A stretch of 63,702 nucleotides of DNA, counting the filler, from Octopus bimaculoides (Eukaryota): NCBI RefSeq assembly GCF_001194135.2. It is 4 parts of 4 records of this genome, joined end to end, with 100 filler letters (N's around TTAATTAATTAA, not from the genome) between each part and the next. Parts side by side here need not be neighbours in the genome. Positions count along the whole stretch, not along the records: positions 48,545 to 52,493 come from NW_026396969.1; positions 52,594 to 63,702 come from NC_068999.1; 2 more parts are not named here. The stretch is one strand, 5' to 3'. Positions 49,371 to 63,609 of the stretch are shown piece by piece. The notes below the pieces were generated by a model that was not told the origin of the DNA, made no database searches, and saw only the letters and a program-made list of their open reading frames with translations. How positions within the stretch are numbered: position 1 is the stretch's first letter; every line of letters begins with the position of its first letter. Position numbers and translations under genes: made by a program.

Positions 49371-52229
49371 CATGTGGGCCATGGAATTGGTTCCCAAAAT
49401 GAGAAAGGAACAAGGCTGTTGGAGTTCTGTGATACAAATGACCAACTGATTTGAAACACCAACTTCAGAAAGCCAGCTAGTCACCTGAAAACCTATAAAT
49501 CTGGTGACTATGCTAGCAAGATTGACTACATTCTCATTAGAAATGTGTAATCATGGCTGCTCATAAATGCAAAGTCCTTCCCTGGAGGGGATTGTACTCC
49601 TCAGCATGGGTTATTCACTAGTGACTTCAAGTTGGTGGCACAAAGAATTCCAAGAAGCAAGCTAGTTTGGAAAAGAAGGATATGGAAGCTTAAGGATTCT
49701 TTGAATAGTCAGAGATTTAGAGATGTCGTAACTAAAGCATTTGATAAGAAGGAGGAGGGGCTACAGCCTTGCAAAATAGAAGATAAGTGGAGGTTTCTAT
49801 GAGACAATTTGCTGCAAGTCACAGACCAAATTTGTGGTTTATGCAAAGTTCAAACCAGGTCTAAAGTAACATGGTGGTGGAACAGTTAGTTGACAGGGCT
49901 ATTAGAAACAGGCTTAGAAGGACTGGAAGGATGGTAGCAGCAAAGAGTTATACCAGGCAGCAAGAAGGGAAGCTAAGAAGCAGGAATACTAAGCCAGAAG
50001 GGAAGCAGAAAAGAAGACGTTTGCCAATGTCTTACAAGACAGTATGCCAGGGGAAAATGGAGTGTTGTTGGAGAGAAGTGTATTTACATTGACGATGATT
50101 CTCTTGCAGTTAGTGACTCTGCAAAGATAGAGGCTTGGAAGTGCCACTATGAAAGGCTACTAAATGTAGAGAATGCATGGGAGGAGGAGTGTCTGCCTAA
50201 TGTGGATCCAACAGAAGGACCAGCAATCTGAATAGACAGTGACATGGTAGCTAAAGCCATGGAGGATATGAAGATCAGCAAAGACCTTGGCCCATCAGGG
50301 ATCACCACTGAGATGCTTAAAAAATCTGGCAGTGTGGATTATGCTCTAGTCACCCATAGTGTAAATCGGGTGGTTCATGAAAGAGCCATACCCAATGACT
50401 GGTGTAGCAGCACAATAGTCAACTGCTACAAAGGTAAAGATGACAATTAGATAGAAATAATTAGAGGGGTATCAAATTGCTGGATCAGGTGATGAAAGTT
50501 ATGGAGAGGATCGTAGCTCAACTAATTAGGAGGAGAGTTAGTCTAGATGAGATGCAGTTTGGTTTTGTGCCAGGGAGAAGCATCACTCATGCTATATTTC
50601 TGGTAGGGCAACTGCAAGAGAAATACATAGCCAAAGATAAACCTCTATACTTGTCTTTTGCTGAGATGGAGAAAGCCTTCAACAAGGTTCCCCACTCCTT
50701 TATCTGATGATCAATGTGGAAGGCAGGGATAGAGGAGTGGTTGGTGAGAGTTGTACAAGCCATGTACATGGATGCTGTCAATAAGGGTTGGCAACGAGTA
50801 TAGTGATGAATTCAGGGAACAAGTAGAGGTTCACCTAGGGTAGATCCTCAGCCTCCTCTTGTTCATAATANNNNNNNNNNNNNNNNNNNNNNNNNNNNNN
50901 NNNNNNNNNNNNNNNNNNNNNNNNNNNNNNNNNNNNNNNNNNNNNNNNNNNNNNNNNNNNNNNNNNNNNNNNNNNNNNNNNNNNNNNNNNNNNNNNNNNN
51001 NNNNNNNNNNNNNNNNNNNNNNNNNNNNNNNNNNNNNNNNNNNNNNNNNNNNNNNNNNNNNNNNNNNNNNNNNNNNNNNNNNNNNNNNNNNNNNNNNNNN
51101 NNNNNNNNNNNNNNNNNNNNNNNNNNNNNNNNNNNNNNNNNNNNNNNNNNNNNNNNNNNNNNNNNNNNNNNNNNNNNNNNNNNNNNNNNNNNNNNNNNNN
51201 NNNNNNNNNNNNNNNNNNNNNNNNNNNNNNNNNNNNNNNNNNNNNNNNNNNNNNNNNNNNNNNNNNNNNNNNNNNNNNNNNNNNNNNNNNNNNNNNNNNN
51301 NNNNNNNNNNNNNNNNNNNNNNNNNNNNNNNNNNNNNNNNNNNNNNNNNNNNNNNNNNNNNNNNNNNNNNNNNNNNNNNNNNNNNNNNNNNNNNNNNNNN
51401 NNNNNNNNNNNNNNNNNNNNNNNNNNNNNNNNNNNNNNNNNNNNNNNNNNNNNNNNNNNNNNNNNNNNNNNNNNNNNNNNNNNNNNNNNNNNNNNNNNNN
51501 NNNNNNNNNNNNNNNNNNNNNNNNNNNNNNNNNNNNNNNNNNNNNNNNNNNNNNNNNNNNNNNNNNNNNNNNNNNNNNNNNNNNNNNNNGTATGATGCTT
51601 ATGTGTAAACAGCCATACTACACGGCAGTGAAACACAGGCTGTGACTCCTGAGGACATGTGTGGGCTTGAAAGAAATGAATCTAGTATGCTTTGGTGAAT
51701 GCACAATGTCAGTATGCATGTACAACAGAGTGGTGTAAGTTGGGAGTAAGAGGCATCAGATCTGATGTGCAAGAGAGACGAATGCACTGCTATGGTTATG
51801 TGCTGCGTATGGATGATGGGAGCCGATGTAAAGAAGTGCCTGTTTCTAAATGTGGAGGAAACCTATGGATGGAGTTGACCCAAGAAGACATGGCATGAGG
51901 TGGTGAAGCATGATCTTCAAACATTGGGCCTCACGGTGGCAATAATAAGTGATGGAGACCTTTGGTGATATGCCATGTTTGAGAAGACCTCTAAAGCCAA
52001 GTAATATGATATTCATGATCGATCTTTGTGTCACGTAACTAGCACATGTGCCAGTGACACATTAAAAGTACTTATTACACCCTTGGAGTGGTTGGCATTA
52101 TGAAGGGCATCCAACTGTAAAAACCATGCTAAATAAGACTGGAACATGGTGCAGCTCTCTGGTTTACCAGTTTCATTTAAACTGTCTGACCCATACTGGC
52201 ATGGAATGCAGGCGCTAAATGATGATGAT
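49371..52229 (+). mobile_element. Long degraded RTE LINE, with gaps over the 5' end and the RT core
   Basis: GIGSQNEKGTRLLEFCD, IDYILIR, GPSGITTEMLK, LDEMQFGFVPGRS, EKAFNKVPH, the ORF end, and a taaatgatgatgat tail. Confidence 0.9.
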
Positions 52230-52493
52230 TATCTTTATACCTTATTTCAACTTTGTTATTTTGTAATCAGCATTCTTAGAAAAAGAGAACATTGTCTTAT
52301 CTTATTCATTTTCCGTTACTATTTTTTAAAAAATTTCTCTATTGATGTAGTTTCTTTGTTATATTTATTAAAACCTAAGGTTCATTTCTTTCATATTATT
52401 GTTAATCTCGTTGCAATTATTTCTTCTTCTTGTATCTTTTGCAGGAAGGGAATTAGGACTTAAACAAATTGAGCTGGAAATTATTAAGGTTGA

Positions 52494-52593
52494 NNNNNNN
52501 NNNNNNNNNNNNNNNNNNNNNNNNNNNNNNNNNNNNNTTAATTAATTAANNNNNNNNNNNNNNNNNNNNNNNNNNNNNNNNNNNNNNNNNNNN
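52494..52593. other. Assembly spacer: 44 N + TTAATTAATTAA + 44 N
   Basis: Same layout as the other two. Confidence 0.95.
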
Positions 52594-52628
<35 letters not shown>

Positions 52629-52964
52629 CATACACACACTCACACACTCTCACACACACACATGAATATATGAATGTGTATGCCTGTATGCATGTGTGTG
52701 TATGTATATGCATATGTGTAATAGATGACGTCATTAATTCCTGTTTCATTAACCGTATTCACACTACGTATAACTTATATAAATATTTTTGTGTTTTAAA
52801 GTATAAAAATTCTGAATTGAGTTCGTAGAATTGACTGGGAAGTATTTTACATTGTGTAGAGTGTATGATAAAATGGAGGGTGTATAGTATTATGCTGAAT
52901 GTAGAGTTTTACGTAGAGTATTAGCTGTATTGTGTAGAAACTAAAGTAATATGGAAGCTATAAA

Positions 52965-53075
52965 GATGGTGATATGGTAGAGTCGTTAGCACGCGGGCTA
53001 TCAATGCATAGTGACATGACGTCCGTTTTTACGTTCTGTGTTCAAATTCAACTGAGGTCGACTTTACTTTTAGCT
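52965..53075 (+). mobile_element. SINE-B head fragment
   Basis: gagtcgttagcacgc..tacgttctgtgttcaaattc..gaggtcgactttac. Confidence 0.7.
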
Positions 53076-53146
53076 TTGTGTCAAAATTTAAAACCGATAT
53101 GTTTTATGTAAGGTGTTTGGCGATATGTAGACCTTTTTTCTTATTG

Positions 53147-53350
53147 TTATTACCTCCGCCTTACAGAAGACGGAGGTGTTGTTTTCAGTCGGGTTTGTTT
53201 GTTTGTTTGTCTGTGGACAAGATATCTCAAGAACCGCTGAATGGATTAGGATGAAACTTTCAGGGATGTTTGGCCTCGGGACTGGCACAAACTGATTAGA
53301 TTTAGGGATTGATCCGGCACCGAGCAAGGATTCTGGATTATTTTACCTGT
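53147..53350 (+). mobile_element. Helentron-associated (HINE/DINE-1-like) non-autonomous element
   Basis: ttattacctccg..cggaggt short subterminal inverted repeat, then a (GTTT)n-gtctg microsatellite and the ggatt..gatgaaactttcagg core. Confidence 0.6.
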
Positions 53351-53522
53351 TTTTTGTTGGTCAATTGTTAGTCTTTCTCATAGTAAGCCTTCTTTAAACT
53401 GTACATCTACCAAGCAACCCCTTTTCATAACCATCTTAGATTGAAAACAAAGTTACCATATTCATTATAACACCAACTACACGCACATACATACACACAT
53501 AAGTATACACACTCTTACACAC

Positions 53523-53558
<36 letters not shown>

Positions 53559-53819
53559 TCACACGTACACACAAACTTACTCACACACACTCTCTCTTTC
53601 TCTGTCGCTGTCAGTTTGTCTCTCTTTGTGCCTATCTCTGTCTGTATCTCTCTATCTCTCTTTCTCTTTCTCACTCTCTCTATCACACACACATACACAT
53701 AAGTCTTGTCACGTGACGCTAAGACTGTTCCATGGAAACAGACAATTGCGACATCCGATTGGTTAAAGTTACATCATTTTAGAGACTTGTAACAATTTTT
53801 TATTATTAATTTCTTGAGA

Positions 53820-53970
53820 GTCGCTACGTTCTGAGTTCAAATTCCATCGAGGTCGACTTTACCTTTCATCCTTTCGGGGTAGATAAAAAAAGTACCAGTG
53901 AAACACTGGGGCCGATGTAACCGTTAGTCCCCTCCCACCAAAATTCAGGGTTTGTGCTTATAGAAGAAAG
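53820..53970 (+). mobile_element. 5'-truncated SINE-B with a 19-bp TSD
   Basis: tattattaatttcttgaga at 53801-19 and 53971-89 flanks the insert exactly. Confidence 0.9.
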
Positions 53971-55404
53971 TATTATTAATTTCTTGAGAAAAATGAACGC
54001 GAATTTAGTACATGAGCGCGTCAGTGTAGAAAATCTGGAAAAATTCTAGTGCTTGGAAAGAATTTAAGATCCAAGTATTGATACATCCAGAGGCATGGAG
54101 ATCTAGAGAGAGATATTCAGATATACAGAGATAAGAAGAAACACAAATATATTCCGATTTACAGATATAAAGTTATGTAGATATACAGATATATACTTCG
54201 GCATTGGAGAGAATTTTAATGCACGAGCAGATATTATCTGCTTCTAAATATACCACGCTCGGAATCACGAGCAAAGACACTGTATCGGTCTGATATTTGG
54301 AGGCCCTCAATTGTTCAACTGCAAAGAAATCAGAAATATGAAAGGAACGGTGTTTCTCAACCTCTTGACCCTTGCGTAACCCTTAAATTAAATCACTTGT
54401 CTCAAGGAAACCCTGAACAAAAAAAAAAAAAATTATATACCATATTTTTCACATATTTTTTTTCATCGTAGTTCATGTGGTAAATATCATATATATACAT
54501 ATATNNNNNNNNNNNNNNNNNNNNNNNNNNNNNNNNNNNNNNNNNNNNNNNNNNNNNNNNNNNNNNNNNNNNNNNNNNNNNNNNNNNNNNNNNNNNNNNN
54601 NNNNNNNNNNNNNNNNNNNNNNNNNNNNNNNNNNNNNNNNNNNNNNNNNNNNNNNNNNNNNNNNNNNNNNNNNNNNNNNNNNNNNNNNNNNNNNNNNNNN
54701 NNNNNNNNNNNNNNNNNNNNNNNNNNNNNNNNNNNNNNNNNNNNNNNNNNNNNNNNNNNNNNNNNNNNNNNNNNNNNNNNNNNNNNNNNNNNNNNNNNNN
54801 NNNNNNNNNNNNNNNNNNNNNNNNNNNNNNNNNNNNNNNNNNNNNNNNNNNNNNNNNNNNNNNNNNNNNNNNNNNNNNNNNNNNNNNNNNNNNNNNNNNN
54901 NNNNNNNNNNNNNNNNNNNNNNNNNNNNNNNNNNNNNNNNNNNNNNNNNNNNNNNNNNNNNNNNNNNNNNNNNNNNNNNNNNNNNNNNNNNNNNNNNNNN
55001 NNNNNNNNNNNNNNNNNNNNNNNNNNNNNNNNNNNNNNNNNNNNNNNNNNNNNNNNNNNNNNNNNNNNNNNNNNNNNNNNNNNNNNNNNNNNNNNNNNNN
55101 NNNNNNNNNNNNNNNNNNNNNNNNNNNNNNNNNNNNNNNNNNNNNNNNNNNNNNNNNNNNNNNNNNNNNNNNNNNNNNNNNNNNNNNNNNNNNNNNNNNN
55201 NNNNNNNNNNNNNNNNNNNNNNNNNNNNNNNNNNNNNNNNNNNNNNNNNNNNNNNNNNNNNNNNNNNNNNNNNNNNNNNNNNNNNNNNNNNNNNNNNNNN
55301 NNNNNNNNNNNNNNNNNNNNNNNNNNNNNNNNNNNNNNNNNNNNNNNNNNNNNNNNNNNNNNNNNNNNNNNNNNNNNNNNNNNNNNNNNNNNNNNNNNNN
55401 NNNN

Positions 55405-55485
55405 TATATATACATGTATATATACATACACATATATATATGTGTGTGTACTGTCTGTATTTGGTCAGTTTGGTTTCAAACGACT

Positions 55486-55531
<46 letters not shown>

Positions 55532-56600
55532 GCACACACACACGTAATACACACACGTACACACACGCACACATGCGCACACGCACATATACACACATGC
55601 TCACACACACACACATACACGCGCATACAAGCACATACACACACACACACACGCACATATACACACACGTAAATACACACACAAACTCACACACATATTT
55701 TCATTCTCTCTCTCTGTTTCCTTTTCTATCACTTTCTTCTCCCTATTTCTCCTTATTCTTCTTACCTACCACCAATACCACCACCACCACCACGAACCAA
55801 CATCATCAGCATCACCAACACCACCAAAGCTACTATTACCACCACCGTCACCCCCAGCGCCGACACCACTACCATCACAACCACCACCACCACCACCACC
55901 ACCACCACCACTACCGATACCACCGCCATTGCATATCACCGCCTTCAGCATCGCAAATATCACCGCCACTACTACCGCTGCTGCCGCCACAGCAACTACA
56001 ACCCTTACAACAACAACCACCACTATCGNNNNNNNNNNNNNNNNNNNNNNNNNNNNNNNNNNNNNNNNNNNNNNNNNNNNNNNNNNNNNNNNNNNNNNNN
56101 NNNNNNNNNNNNNNNNNNNNNNNNNNNNNNNNNNNNNNNNNNNNNNNNNNNNNNNNNNNNNNNNNNNNNNNNNNNNNNNNNNNNNNNNNNNNNNNNNNNN
56201 NNNNNNNNNNNNNNNNNNNNNNNNNNNNNNNNNNNNNNNNNNNNNNNNNNNNNNNNNNNNNNNNNNNNNNNNNNNNNNNNNNNNNNNNNNNNNNNNNNNN
56301 NNNNNNNNNNNNNNNNNNNNNNNNNNNNNNNNNNNNNNNNNNNNNNNNNNNNNNNNNNNNNNNNNNNNNNNNNNNNNNNNNNNNNNNNNNNNNNNNNNNN
56401 NNNNNNNNNNNNNNNNNNNNNNNNNNNNNNNNNNNNNNNNNNNNNNNNNNNNNNNNNNNNNNNNNNNNNNNNNNNNNNNNNNNNNNTACACTGATTCTTT
56501 TGTATCACATGATCTACTCTCGGTCTCACACACACACACACACATATATATACATATATACATATATACATCAACACACACACACACCAATACACACACA
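55405..56600. repeat. Compound microsatellite block (CA)n/(CAC)n with a gap
   Basis: Visible directly; source of the spurious His/Thr-rich ORFs. Confidence 0.9.
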
Positions 56601-56794
56601 AAATGGCTCTCAAACACTATAAACACAGCATAAATATAAAACCATGAAATTATAAACAGTTCTTTAATTTCATTTCCTGAAGAATATTCGCAGAATTTTT
56701 ATATTTTTTCTTGCTGTTCCTTGTTTTTTTTTTCTCTCTTTCTTTCATTCTTTCTTTCTCTCTTTCTTTGTTTCTGTGTGTTTTTTTTTTGTTT

Positions 56795-57845
56795 TTTTTT
56801 TTTGCAGAGCGTGGAGGAATGGACATTGTCTAACTTCTGTAAGAATATTCCGAGAAAGTCAACACCAGCAAGAAAAAAACATGAGCAAGGGTGGAGGTTC
56901 CAGAGGAATGGTGTCCTGGAAAGAAACGACCGGGTATAATGGATGGTGTTGGGACAAGGGATAGGGGTGGGGTGAAGAATTGCAAGGGTGACCAGAAATC
57001 AAAAGATGGGTGATTCAGGGGCGCCCGAAGAGTGAGGGTACAAGACCATCCAACTTCAAAGAGCAGAGGCCATTACAGTAGTGGTAAAAAAGAGAGATAG
57101 AGGTGACATAGCCTGTCGGTGAGCCAGAGGCTCAAGGATGTCTGTTAGTGATTAAATTCCAATCATCTGAGTAGTTCTTCTCTGGATGCAGTGCAAGGTG
57201 TTCATGTACATAGCAGCAACAATGTCCTAGGTGTATTATTATGCATAACAGCAGGGGAAACACTGTCCCAGGTGTGATAATATGCATAGCAGCAGGAGCA
57301 GCAGTTCCAGGTGTGGTAATCTACCAGGTGTCTTCAGCTGAGCTTTGTAATGTCAGCAGTAATTAGGGACTGTAATATTTTCTGGTCCTGATAAGATGGA
57401 CCAATTTTGGGGTATGTGACCCTAGCAGCCCTCGGTGATAGTGAGGCCCAGCACTTGGGGCGATTGTGAAGACTCCAGCTAAGTGTCACTCATTTCTAGT
57501 GGGCGTGTGGTTTACAGGTGTCTTCTTGACATGAGTAACGATTTACTTTATGAGAAACAAGGTTGGTGTGACTCAACTGAAGGGTCTTCTTCAGATTTCT
57601 TTTTGTAGAATTTGTGCAGGGTTGACGTGTGGTGCTTTAGGTTATGTGCGGACGATGCATGGTTGGGGAACATTAGGGGAAAATGAAGGATCGCATCGTC
57701 TGTATAAGAGTGGTTGTCGTCGAATGTAGTGGCAGGTTGGTCATGTTCTTGATGTATAGAAGGAAAACTGTGGGGGTGGGGACACCAAACCGTGGGTTAC
57801 GGCAGTCTTGATTGAGAATAGAACAGAAAGAGCACCGTCGATATA
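56795..57845 (-). mobile_element. 5'-truncated Jockey/CR1-group LINE (RT and C-terminus) with an A-rich tail
   Basis: Minus strand: TVFLLYIKN, YTDD (57695-706), QVLGLTIT, YKAQL, CIQRR, LEPLAHR..LSLFYHYCNGLCS, SFLSRT..LWN. A-rich tail at 56720-56795. Confidence 0.8.
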
Positions 57846-57889
57846 TGTTGTTATGGTGGGATCAGAGAAGAAGCTAGAGATCCAAGAGA

Positions 57890-58645
<756 letters not shown>

Positions 58646-59034
58646 GACAGATAGACAGATATCTTTTCTTTCTTTCTTATTTTCTTTCGTGGTATATTTA
58701 AAAGTAATGAAACTCCAGCCCAAAATAAGGTCGATTTTTGCCAGGGTTTCACTTGAAATTGCGTAACCCTTCTAAAGTACCCGAGGCCGTTTATGACTGA
58801 AAGTTGCCGCCTGATCTAGTTTCTCGTCTTTTTATGATCGAAGCCGCTGAAAGAAATCCCTTTATTTTATGATTTCACTGTTTAATGCGAAAAGAAGTTG
58901 GTTACAGGCTGCCAGGAATCATAAACACAGCCAGACCATTTCTTCAAACGATTTCCAACAACTTAGTCTTTTAAAACATTTCCTTTGGCTTTCGTCTTGT
59001 TCCTTCTTTTTCTTCTTAGTGGTTGCGGTGTTCT

Positions 59035-59150
59035 TATGTATGTATGTATGTATGTATGTATGTATGTATGTATGTATGTATGTATGCATGTATGTATGCA
59101 TGTATGTATGTGTATGTATGTATGCACACACAGACACACATATATATGTA

Positions 59151-59190
<40 letters not shown>

Positions 59191-59242
59191 CATGTATGTG
59201 TAATATATACGCAATACAAACGTTTGTGTGTAAGTATATGTG

Positions 59243-59287
<45 letters not shown>

Positions 59288-59535
59288 GCATAGGATTATG
59301 TGCTTGTTACTCTTTATCACTGTTTTAATGTGTGTTTGTGTGTATATATATATATATGTGTGTGCCTGTCTATGTATGTACATATATGTTATCTATATGT
59401 ATACATACACACATGCATAGAAAGATAGATAGTTGCATGTATGTGTGTGCATATATATATACATACATACACACACACACACACACATATATATATACAC
59501 ATGTATGTATGTATGTGTATGTATGTGTATGTATG

Positions 59536-59567
<32 letters not shown>

Positions 59568-59689
59568 TGTATGTTTGCTTCTTTTCACCTTTAATAAATT
59601 TTCGTTTCAATTACGTATATACTCGCCCGTCTGTTGGTATGTTTTGCCATGTGTTTGTACACACGAATATACTAGTATATGTGTGTGGC

Positions 59690-59720
<31 letters not shown>

Positions 59721-59848
59721 ACACGTATAAGACTGTATATGTGTGTAGTTGTTTGTTTGTGTGTGTGTGTGTGCACGTATAAGACTGTATATGTGTGTAG
59801 TTGTGTGTGTGCGCGCGCACACGTATGTACCAGTATATGTATGTGTTT

Positions 59849-59892
<44 letters not shown>
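59035..59892. repeat. (TATG)n/(TG)n/(TA)n compound microsatellite with a ~55-bp tandem duplication at ~59718 and ~59772
   Basis: gcacacgtataagactgtatatgtgtgtagttgt occurs twice. Confidence 0.9.
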
Positions 59893-59895
<3 letters not shown>

Positions 59896-61568
59896 CCAGT
59901 TTCTCACACAGGCACCTTCTCACCAATCGTAAGAGTTTGTAAGTTTTGTTTAAATGTCTGTCTCTGAAGATGAAAGACTTGTAAATGGGTGTATACTAAT
60001 GTAGATGGTGTGTATACAAGGGTGTATAGGCGTGCATAAGGGTGTAGAATGGGTGTGAAGCGGTGTGATTAGGTGGAGAGACGTTATAGAGATCATCCGT
60101 CGGTGATTAATTCTTGAATGTTTGGAAGCAACATAATGGAATTCAAATACAAAAGAAGTGAAACAATGAAAGTTGAACAGAAAGAAGCGATTACATTAAA
60201 ATATTCCTCCTTCTTTCTTACCAAAATTCTGCCATCTATTTTCGATATGAAGAGCTCCAGACACGAAGGTTTGTAGCATTTAGGATAAAGACCAGAATCT
60301 AAGGAACCTGGTGAAGGCCTGAGATGCTTATAATTATTCCGAGACAGTAGAAACAGTGGAATATTGACGAGTTCAATTGCTGCCGGGAGTACAAAGTTGA
60401 ACATTGTTTCGGAATATTGCTCCTCGTCAGTGAACAGAGAAAGACTCTCACGTTGTTGATCTGATTGTCATTAATAAGATCTTTGCATTTCTTTACTCCC
60501 TGTTGAAGAAAAGAGCCTTAAACAACTTTAGGAATTTCCTATGCTTTAACAGAGAACAGAGTATGTGAAAGGCGCTTTTGACTAAAGTGCTGGTGGAGAT
60601 GCAAGATGCATTGACGGGCAGGTTCCGGGTGTGATGGAGAAAGGCCACCCGTGTGCAGCATTTCTGCTATGGCGGAGATTCTATTTGGTCAAGTTACCTG
60701 CTAGAAATAGCAGTTAGGCCCTTCAAATCCTACTCAACCATTTCTCTTTTTTTTAAAAAAAGGGGGTACATTATACGATGCGTCCAAATATTTATGTGAA
60801 CAGCATTGTAATGGTACGTTAGCAAGTACGAATAGATTGGGAATGCAATTTAGTAGCTGCATCAGAGACAATACATCTGTGCATTACGTATATATATATA
60901 TATATATATATATNNNNNNNNNNNNNNNNNNNNNNNNNNNNNNNNNNNNNNNNNNNNNNNNNNNNNNNNNNNNNNNNNNNNNNNNNNNNNNGTGCACACA
61001 CGTACACATATTTAAGCATATATATATATATATATACATATATATATAAATATACACATACACATACGTGTGGGGGGGGGGAGTAAACAGGGTGCAAGTA
61101 AACAGGAGTTTTGTTATAGTCTTATGTTGACAGTTGTTTCGTAAGTTGCGTGACTTAAGCCGTAACAACATTCATACGTAATAAATGCGTATGTTGCCGT
61201 AGATATTTGTAATAACATAAGTTTGAATGAATTTGTTAGGCAAACCCAAGTGAAACGCATCGTCCTCCCACATGATGTGAGTGTGCGTGCACACGAGTGT
61301 GCGTGTGCGCGCGTCTATTTATACACATATTACATTTTGTAAGAAGTGAATTAATATACTTACACACATGCACACACATCATATATGCATATATGAGGAC
61401 AAAAAACACACGCATATATATATATATACATACATACATATATATATGCATGCATACGTACATAAACGAATGCTCTTTCATACAGGTATACATGCATACA
61501 CACAGTCATACTTCTATTGATACATACATACATACATACATACATGTATACATGTATATATACATATT

Positions 61569-61601
<33 letters not shown>

Positions 61602-62253
61602 TTAGAACTAATGCCGCTAGAACAGCAGCTTTTAACCAAACAGTCATTTTTAACATCGCCATTAATCTCAACAGAGCTAACATTGCTTCATATTCGACGT
61701 TATCAGTAAAAATCTATAAATAAAATATATAAATACTAATTAATATATAAAACATGGAAATATTAATTAATATTAAGTCCTAAGCATTATTTCAGACAAA
61801 ACAAAACAGGAAGCTATATTTAATTTAACCATTCTCTATAAACAACGTATTTTTGCAAAACCTACTTTTCTGGAAAAAAAAAAAACGTTTTGATTTTATT
61901 AGATTTTTCTTTTCTTCGTCACTGTTATAAATGTTTTANNNNNNNNNNNNNNNNNNNNNNNNNNNNNNNNNNNNNNNNNNNNNNNNNNNNNNNNNNNNNN
62001 NNNNNNNNNNNNNNNNNNNNNNNNNNNNNNNNNNNNNNNNNNNNNNNNNNNNNNNNNNNNNNNNNNNNNNNNNNNNNNNNNNNNNNNNNNNNNNNNNNNN
62101 NNNNNNNNNNNNNNNNNNNNNNNNNNNNNNNNNNNNNNNNNNNNNNNNNNNNNNNNNNNNNNNNNNNNNNNNNNNNNNNNNNNNNNNNNNNNNNNNNNNN
62201 NNNNNNNNNNNNNNNNNNNNNNNNNNNNNNNNNNNNNNNNNNNNNNNNNNNNN

Positions 62254-62283
<30 letters not shown>

Positions 62284-62285
<2 letters not shown>

Positions 62286-62460
62286 GCAGGCGTTGCTGTG
62301 TGGTAAGAAGCTAAATTTCCAACCATACGTTTCCCGGTTCTGTCCCACGGCGTGGTACCTTGGGCAAATCCCTTTCTATTATAGCCTCGGGTTGACCAAA
62401 GCCCTGTGAGTGGATTTGGTAGACGGAAACTAGAAGAAACCCGTTATATTCACGTATGTA
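62284..62460 (+). mobile_element. SINE-A head (tail absent)
   Basis: gctgtgtggtaag..ccttgggcaaa..tagcctcggg..gagtggatttggtagacggaaac. Confidence 0.85.
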
Positions 62461-62905
62461 TGTGTGTATGTATGTGTGTATGTGTATGTTACCCATTATA
62501 TAACGGGTAACAAATGGAAGTATATTTTTACCACCATGGGTATTATCAGAAAATAAGACATACATGCAATAATTATATTTTAACTTTGTTCAAATTTCTT
62601 GGCGCTTATACAAAATGATGCAATGGGTACAAATCTTCGTTAATACCTTAAAATACACCAAACAAAATAAACGAAATTCCCACGTGTTTAACTCCCCCCA
62701 TAACTGCTATGTCCTTTAACTCTTCATATCTCTCCTCCTCCTCCTCCTCCTCCCTCTCTCTCCTTCTCTTTCTCCTCCACCTCTTCCTCCTCGTCTGCTT
62801 TTATGAATCTCTCATGTCTATCTCATTGCTTTATTTTCGCCTGTTCTGTATAATTGGTACCCTGCATGTATCAAGGTTGATCCTATCGCTGATTCCCTTT
62901 CTCAG

Positions 62906-62975
62906 ATAATTTCTGGTCTGGAATCAATATCAGAAACTGTTCAAATGAAATCTGACCGGAACCTGCATCTGAACG
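62906..62975 (+). other. Candidate 70-nt exon of an unidentified gene (IISGLESISETVQMKSDRNLHLN)
   Basis: Strong acceptor ctgattccctttctcag| and consensus donor ACG|gtaagt; one frame open. No homology recognised. Confidence 0.35.
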
Positions 62976-63342
62976 GTAAGTAAATTGAATGCAAACCGAG
63001 ATTTGCCTAATCTGAACGTCCGACTTATCTCTTCTTCATTATATACTTGTCAATCAAAGGAATGGTGATGTATTGAAGGAATATAATTTCTCTGAAATAT
63101 TTCAGTAGCGTCTGAAAGAGATGAAGAATTTAAAGGTTTCAGGTTGTGGGACGAATCTTTAAACTCCTTTTTTGGGATCACGAAAAGCACACGCAAACAG
63201 ATTCATGATTACAGTTAGAATATGTGCAATTTGAAATACACGCATACACAGAAACATGCTCACCCACTCAAAAACATGCGCATGCTCACCAGAATACTTA
63301 AATATAGAGGGAAAGAATATCCTATACGGGATTCTTTGAATT

Positions 63343-63534
63343 ACAGTTCTATGTTTAAGAAATGAGGAATTATGTACATTATTTACATTCAACGGATATT
63401 TGTCCTCCTCTTGTTTGTTGTTAACACAACATTTCGGCTGATATACCCTCCAGCCTTCATCAGGCGTCTTGGGGAAATTTCGAACCTGGGTTCTCATTCC
63501 TAAGGTATTTATCGATGTTATTCTTCTTCTTCTT

Positions 63535-63607
<73 letters not shown>
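63343..63607 (-). mobile_element. Third copy of the family-1 PLE pLTR (3' part)
   Basis: Colinear with 15050-15199; runs into (AAG)n(AAT)n; the tRNA-like head is not in the window. Confidence 0.85.
63423..63468 (-). ncRNA. Minimal type-I hammerhead motif, family 1, best-preserved copy
   Basis: gacgc-CTGATGA-a-ggctg-gagggtatat-cagcc-GAAA-T-GTT-gtgtt. Core intact; stem III reads ATGT, where the other copies imply an ancestral ACGT. Confidence 0.7.

Positions 63608-63609
<2 letters not shown>

Noticed and set aside
52725-53765. CRE palindrome (ATGACGTCAT, 52725-34), CACGTG and reverse CCAAT near 53706-53762 as a promoter
   Set aside because: Short motifs expected by chance; there is no linked first exon or TSS evidence.
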